A stretch of 64,000 bases of DNA, taken from positions 1 to 64,000 of the IMG/VR virus record IMGVR_UViG_3300042863_003045, one strand, 5' to 3'. Numbering within the stretch: position 1 is the first letter of the stretch; each line of letters begins with the position of its first letter. The translations under genes and the position numbers were made by a program. The DNA is from a virus. Under the pieces are notes generated by a model. That model made no database searches, was not told where the DNA came from, and saw only the letters and a list, made by a program, of their open reading frames with translations. Of the stretch, positions 59,068 to 64,000 are shown piece by piece.

Positions 59068-59580
59068 CCAGTACGGTTTATTTGGTATAATTTTAAATTT
59101 GGAATATTTATATATAAACAAAAACACAAATGGAATTGAGAAAATTTATAGCAACAACATTAAGAGAATATCTTAATGAAAATGTAAATATTGAATATTA
59201 TGAACACGGACAATGTGAATTATTTGCATTAGCACTACATAAAACATTAGGTTATGATATGTACTTTTTTATTGATAATAATGCAGAATTTGAAACTGAT
59301 GAGGGGTTTGATTATGGGGATGCTTTGGTTCATGCATATTGTAAAGACAAAAAAGGCAACTATTATGATGCAAGTGGATTAATAACATTAAATGATATTG
59401 AAAACGACCACGCTGAATATGTTAATGAACCAGAACATATTCTTGTAACAGAAAAAATGTTTTATGATTATATCCAAAATGGTTTTATTTCAAAATTTAA
59501 AATAACTGAACTAAATAAACTTGAAACTTATATAAAAGAAAATGTTTCAAAATACGCAGTTCGGTAGTATTGGTGCTAAC
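59061..59580. mobile_element. Gene cassette with complementary ends
   Basis: GTTAGCACCAGTAC (59061-59074) vs GTATTGGTGCTAAC (59567-59580): 13/14 complementary. Confidence 0.75.
59130..59567 (+). CDS. Papain/transglutaminase-like C-H-D protein with a distinct leader (cassette cargo)
   Basis: HGQCELFALAL...LVHAY...YYDASG; MELRKFIATTLREYLNE. Confidence 0.55.
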   Translation: MELRKFIATTLREYLNENVNIEYYEHGQCELFALALHKTLGYDMYFFIDNNAEFETDEGFDYGDALVHAYCKDKKGNYYDASGLITLNDIENDHAEYVNEPEHILVTEKMFYDYIQNGFISKFKITELNKLETYIKENVSKYAVR

Positions 59581-59754
59581 TATTATATATCTATAACCGA
59601 TTCAAAACACTTATCAAATCTACTAAAATTAACGAATATTCTTAAAATTTTCGAGTAAAAATTAAGATGTAAAAATTATTCTCAGATAAGATTTACGATC
59701 AAAACTTTACAGTTACTTTTTAAACATTTCTAAAAAAATTTGATATAAAATTCT

Positions 59755-60246
59755 ATGATAATATATCCGCCAGAAGAGTTAGAAAGGATAAAAAAGGTCC
59801 AAGAAACAAATCAGAGACTTGAAGATTTCTTTAAAGTAAGAAGAGAAGAATGGAACAATAGTGTTGAACCATTGACTGAGATTTTTAAAATGGATCTAAA
59901 CACACAAAGTGCAAAAAAGATAATGGAAGTTCAAGCACTTTCTCTCAGTTATAGACAAAAAATAAATGATGAGGTTTCAGTTTTTCTTGAGAAAAGATCC
60001 AAACAAGATGTTAAGTTAAAGAAGCTAAGACAAGATAAATTCATTTATTATGCTACTTCTTTTGCCGTTAAAACAAATACAACTGAAAAGACGATAATGA
60101 TAGAAGCTCATATTGCAGAAGAAAATAGAAACATAGAAATAATAGATAATTATATTGACTTTCTTAGATCAACTAATAAAAACATTGAATCTCTACAATT
60201 CACAATAAAACATATTATCGAATTGTTTAACTATTTAGGAAGATAA
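59755..60246 (+). CDS. UvsY-like recombination mediator
   Basis: All-helical; C-terminal IDFL...KNIESLQFTIKHIIEL resembles UvsY. Confidence 0.45.
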   Translation: MIIYPPEELERIKKVQETNQRLEDFFKVRREEWNNSVEPLTEIFKMDLNTQSAKKIMEVQALSLSYRQKINDEVSVFLEKRSKQDVKLKKLRQDKFIYYATSFAVKTNTTEKTIMIEAHIAEENRNIEIIDNYIDFLRSTNKNIESLQFTIKHIIELFNYLGR

Positions 60247-60548
60247 TGGAAAAGTTAATAGTAAAAGAAGAAATAAAATTTTTAAATAATACCATATTCA
60301 AAAAAGGCGATATCATTGATAAATCAGATACATACAATGTAGAAATAGAAAGTGGAAATATTGTAATATTTTACACAATGATTGAAAATTTTGTTGAACC
60401 ATATCATGATATTGATATAAAAATATCAAATCCTTCCGATGACGAAGAAGAAAAAATATGGAGAATGCAACTCGATGTTAAAACAACAAGAAAAAAAGCA
60501 ATAGAAATAGAAAATTTTTTAAGAAAAACTTTAAGAGATTTTATTTAA
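60246..60548 (+). CDS. Hypothetical protein
   Basis: TAATG coupling with upstream gene. Confidence 0.6.
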   Translation: MEKLIVKEEIKFLNNTIFKKGDIIDKSDTYNVEIESGNIVIFYTMIENFVEPYHDIDIKISNPSDDEEEKIWRMQLDVKTTRKKAIEIENFLRKTLRDFI

Positions 60549-60581
60549 TCCTTATATTTGTAAATATAAAATCCTAAAAAA

Positions 60582-61493
60582 ATGGATGAAGACGTTAAAA
60601 ACTACTCAATAGGTGTTGTTGTGGCAAGATTTCAAGTTCATGATCTACATGAAGGACATCACCATGTTATCAAACAAGTTGTTGATAATCACAAAAAAAC
60701 CATTATATTTCTTGGAGTTCCAAAATTTGTAGGAACAAGAAAAAATCCTTTGGATTTTGATACAAGAAAACGAATGGTACAAACACATTATCCAGATTCA
60801 GTGATAATGGCAATTCCAGACCAATCAGATAATAAAAGATGGGCAACTGAATTAGATAGAAGAATCAGAGAAGTATATCAACATGGTGAGGTACTTATGT
60901 ACGGAAGTAGAGATTCTTTTATACCACACTATAAAGAAGGTGGTGGTAAATTTGAAACAAAAGAACTTAAACCACTTTCAACAATTGCTGGAACAGATAT
61001 AAGAAAAATATTATCTGATCAGGTTAAAAATTCCCAAGACTTTAGAAGCGGTGTAATATATCACGCATATAATCTATTTCCAAGAGTTATTCCAACTGTT
61101 GATGTAGTTATACACAATTCAGATAAAACTGAAATACTATTGGCAAAAAAATATGATGAATCAAAATGGAGATTCATTGGTGGATTTCTAAGACCCGAAG
61201 ACGATAACATAGAATACGCAGCTAAGAGAGTTGTTACAAAAGAAACTGGTAGAAACACAGTTACTGCAGATTACAATTTTCTATTTTCTAAAAAAATAAA
61301 AGATTGGAGATTCAGAGGCGAAGACGATGTTATTATGACATCGGTATTCTCTTGTCAATATCAATGGGGAATGATAACACCATCGGATGACATCATGGAA
61401 TTAAAATGGTTCAAAATATACGATGTAAAAGACATCGATATTATGGAAGAACACAAAGAACTTTTCACAGAAACAATTAAAAAATTAAAATAA
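60582..61493 (+). CDS. nadM: NMN adenylyltransferase-Nudix fusion (NadM/NatV-like)
   Basis: ARFQ...HEGH, KNPLDF..R, GTDIR; Nudix PTVDV...WRFIGGF...KETG. Confidence 0.8.
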   Translation: MDEDVKNYSIGVVVARFQVHDLHEGHHHVIKQVVDNHKKTIIFLGVPKFVGTRKNPLDFDTRKRMVQTHYPDSVIMAIPDQSDNKRWATELDRRIREVYQHGEVLMYGSRDSFIPHYKEGGGKFETKELKPLSTIAGTDIRKILSDQVKNSQDFRSGVIYHAYNLFPRVIPTVDVVIHNSDKTEILLAKKYDESKWRFIGGFLRPEDDNIEYAAKRVVTKETGRNTVTADYNFLFSKKIKDWRFRGEDDVIMTSVFSCQYQWGMITPSDDIMELKWFKIYDVKDIDIMEEHKELFTETIKKLK

Positions 61494-61494
61494 G

Positions 61495-62958
61495 ATGAAC
61501 TACGACATTTTTAACAACATTCTACTACTTACAGATAGTTATAAACCAACACACTTTAAACAATATCCTAAAGGAACACAAAAAGTAATTTCCTACCTTG
61601 AAAGTCGTGGTGGAAAGTTTGATAACACACTTTTTTATGGACTGCAATACATTATCAAAAATTATCTTACTGGTAGAGTAGTAACAGAGGAAAAAATCCA
61701 ACAAGCAAAAAGTTTCTGGGATGCACAAGTAGGCCCAGGAAACTTCTATGAAGAAGGCTGGAGATTCATTCTAAATGAATTTGATGGTCATCTACCAGTT
61801 ACAATTAAAGCGGTTCCTGAGGGATCGGTAGTACCAACTGGAAATATACTAATTGAAGTTGAAAATAATGGAGGAGAACTTACACGATGGCTAACAAACT
61901 ATCTTGAAAGCATTCTTCTACAAGCTTGGTACCCAATTACAGTTGGAACTCTTTCAAGAGAAATAAAAAAAGTTCTTATCAATTATCTGAAAAAAACAAC
62001 AGATTATGATGCAGAAACAATAAATCAGATTGTACAATTTGGTCTTCATGACTTTGGTTTCCGAGGATGCTCATCTGTTGAAAGTTCAGGAATCGGAGGA
62101 TCCGCTCATCTAATCAATTTCAGAGGAACAGATACCGCAACTGCTATCCTAACTGCACAACATTTTTACAATACAAGTGAAATGTTGGGATTCTCAATTC
62201 CAGCATCAGAACACTCAACAATTACTTCTTGGGGAGAAGAGAATGAAGTTAAAGCATTTGAAAACATGTTGGATTCTTATAAAGGAATAAGAGCCTGTGT
62301 ATCAGATTCTTATAATATCATTAGAGCATGTGAAAAATATTGGGGAGAAGATCTTAGAGATAAAATTCTAAACCTTGATGGAAGACTTGTTATTAGACCC
62401 GATAGCGGGGATCCAGTACAAACACTTAAAAAAATATTCTCAATTCTTTGGGATAAATTCGGTGGTAGAATCAACTCAAAGGGATTTAAAGTACTTGATG
62501 ACCACCTTAGAGTTATTCAAGGAGATGGTGTTAACTATGAGTCAATCAAAGATGTTCTTGATATGATGGTAGATGAAGGATTCTCAACAGAGAATCTAGT
62601 ATTTGGAATGGGAGGAGCACTGCTTCAAAAAGTAGATAGAGATACTCAGAAATTCGCTTTCAAGTGTTCAGCAATTGTTTTAAATGGTGAACTAAGAGAC
62701 GTTATCAAAAGACCAATTGAGATTGATGAGAATGGAGAAATCCAACAATCATTTAAAACTTCTAAGAAGGGTCCTATGAAACTTCTAAGAAAGGTTAATG
62801 GTGATGTTGAAGAATGGGAAACAGTTCAAGAAACAACCGATCTGGTAGGTGATTATATGGTTAAAGTATTTGAGAATGGCAAGATTCTTAAAGAATGGAC
62901 ATTTGAGGAAATTCGAGAAAGAGCCGAGGTTAAATTTAAAGTCAATGAGTATGTTTGA
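61495..62958 (+). CDS. nadV: Nicotinamide phosphoribosyltransferase
   Basis: TDSYK.THF.QYP, LHDFGFRG, HLINF.GTDT, IPASEHS, VSDSY, IRPDSGDP, IQGDG, FGMGG.LLQ. Confidence 0.95.
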   Translation: MNYDIFNNILLLTDSYKPTHFKQYPKGTQKVISYLESRGGKFDNTLFYGLQYIIKNYLTGRVVTEEKIQQAKSFWDAQVGPGNFYEEGWRFILNEFDGHLPVTIKAVPEGSVVPTGNILIEVENNGGELTRWLTNYLESILLQAWYPITVGTLSREIKKVLINYLKKTTDYDAETINQIVQFGLHDFGFRGCSSVESSGIGGSAHLINFRGTDTATAILTAQHFYNTSEMLGFSIPASEHSTITSWGEENEVKAFENMLDSYKGIRACVSDSYNIIRACEKYWGEDLRDKILNLDGRLVIRPDSGDPVQTLKKIFSILWDKFGGRINSKGFKVLDDHLRVIQGDGVNYESIKDVLDMMVDEGFSTENLVFGMGGALLQKVDRDTQKFAFKCSAIVLNGELRDVIKRPIEIDENGEIQQSFKTSKKGPMKLLRKVNGDVEEWETVQETTDLVGDYMVKVFENGKILKEWTFEEIRERAEVKFKVNEYV

Positions 62959-63673
62959 TGGTAAATCATTTGAAGAACGTTGGAATAAAAGACTTAGAGA
63001 TATTCGATTAAAAGTTTCTGCTTTTGAGAGAATATCACCTAAACAAGAAAAATTACTTAAACTTAGATTTTCTGATAGAAGTTTTGATCCTTCGACAACA
63101 GATATTCCAAAAATAAGTTTTATATTTGATTATTCCGTATCGAAACGATCACTGAAAAGATTTGATAATATTTTATTTGAATTAAATAAAAGAGGATTGG
63201 CGATATCATATTTTAAGGATGTTTTGCATCGTCCATTAGAATCGATTGTATATGAAGATTGTGTAAATTACGTAAAATATGAGGTAGAAGAATCATATTT
63301 TAAAATAATGAATAATGAATATGTAAATAGAAAAATTAAATTCATTTCAACTGACTTAATAAAAATAATCGGCGCTGTTACTATGATAGAAAACGCAGTT
63401 GGCATCATATCAAAATATTATGAATATGATTCGGATGGAAATGAAATTTGCAATCTCCCTTATTCAATTGGAGATATAGTATCATTAAAAAACAATAGAG
63501 ATTCTGATTATATAGTTAAAAATGTTTATTTTGATGATGAGTTGATGTTCTTTGTTTCTAAACTTATTTCTCCAATAGAATCAGAAGTTATTTTATTCGA
63601 TGAAGAAGTTTTAGTAAAAGAATCGGAAATTATTTCTAACAGAGATTTTAGAATTGATCAAATTTTAAAATAA
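62945..63673 (+). CDS. Hypothetical protein (start near 62945/62951)
   Basis: MSMFDGK overlaps the end of nadV; C-terminal RDFRIDQIL. Confidence 0.55.
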   Translation: MSMFDGKSFEERWNKRLRDIRLKVSAFERISPKQEKLLKLRFSDRSFDPSTTDIPKISFIFDYSVSKRSLKRFDNILFELNKRGLAISYFKDVLHRPLESIVYEDCVNYVKYEVEESYFKIMNNEYVNRKIKFISTDLIKIIGAVTMIENAVGIISKYYEYDSDGNEICNLPYSIGDIVSLKNNRDSDYIVKNVYFDDELMFFVSKLISPIESEVILFDEEVLVKESEIISNRDFRIDQILK

Positions 63674-63691
63674 TTTTTGTATATTTACAAT

Positions 63692-64000
63692 ATGAAGTTC
63701 TTTAAAGTAAAAACATACGAGACTGTTGAAAGACTGAAAGAGATTGATGAAAAACTTCCTCAGGATATCTCTGAGAAGGTTCAAAGTATGCCAGGAGATG
63801 CTTTTGATGAAAGAGTATCCGAAAATGAAATGATATCATATTTTCATATTGAAGAAAGTGATTTTTACTTTATAATTAATATATTATTTGAGAATTATGT
63901 CAAACTTGAGTACGAAGATATTACTTTTGATGTTTTAATGGATAAATATGAATTTAAAGATGAAGACTTTGAAATAGTTAAAAAGGACTATATCAAAAAT
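63692..64000 (+). CDS. Hypothetical protein, truncated by window end
   Basis: MKFFKVKTYETVERLKEID... open to the edge. Confidence 0.55.
   Translation, partial: MKFFKVKTYETVERLKEIDEKLPQDISEKVQSMPGDAFDERVSENEMISYFHIEESDFYFIINILFENYVKLEYEDITFDVLMDKYEFKDEDFEIVKKDYIKN

Noticed and set aside
1-64000. Stop-codon reassignment as in some jumbo phages
   Set aside because: Core genes are intact in the standard code and TAA, TAG and TGA all end genes; the in-frame TAG near 26790 lies in a decayed region
1-64000. tRNA, rRNA or large ncRNA genes
   Set aside because: Intergenic gaps are short and AT-rich; no cloverleaf or T-loop signature recognised by eye

Overview
Very AT-rich, gene-dense 64 kb segment of a T4-related jumbo myophage using the standard genetic code. 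The host is probably Bacteroidota, inferred from TAnnTTTG promoter boxes, a lipoprotein with D-T-T motifs and DUF6576-like domains. Core genes are tail sheath, tail tube, gp26/gp51-like baseplate hub factors, tape-measure-like protein, TerS/TerL, UvsX/RecA, UvsY-like and gp47 nuclease. Seven free-standing endonuclease genes plus one degenerate paralog are scattered among them. Auxiliary genes include NMNAT-Nudix + NAMPT, PPK2, SET, an ART-like protein, ClpS, HAD and WYL. Main observations: (1) two mini-arrays of integron-like gene cassettes, each with an attC-like hairpin and complementary GTT/AAC cassette ends, and no integrase in the window; one array abuts the 3' remnant of a lysozyme-like gene; (2) more than 20 unrelated proteins share an MK[HY][LI]Kx[FY]ExF-type leader resembling the T4 capsid-targeting sequence, suggesting a large virion-packaged enzyme cargo; (3) TerL is split into two genes by an atypically split intein in Walker A; (4) a metallophosphoesterase gene is broken by a ~97 bp internal inversion whose reversal restores the ORF. 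All functional calls come from motif recognition by eye; no database search was run.
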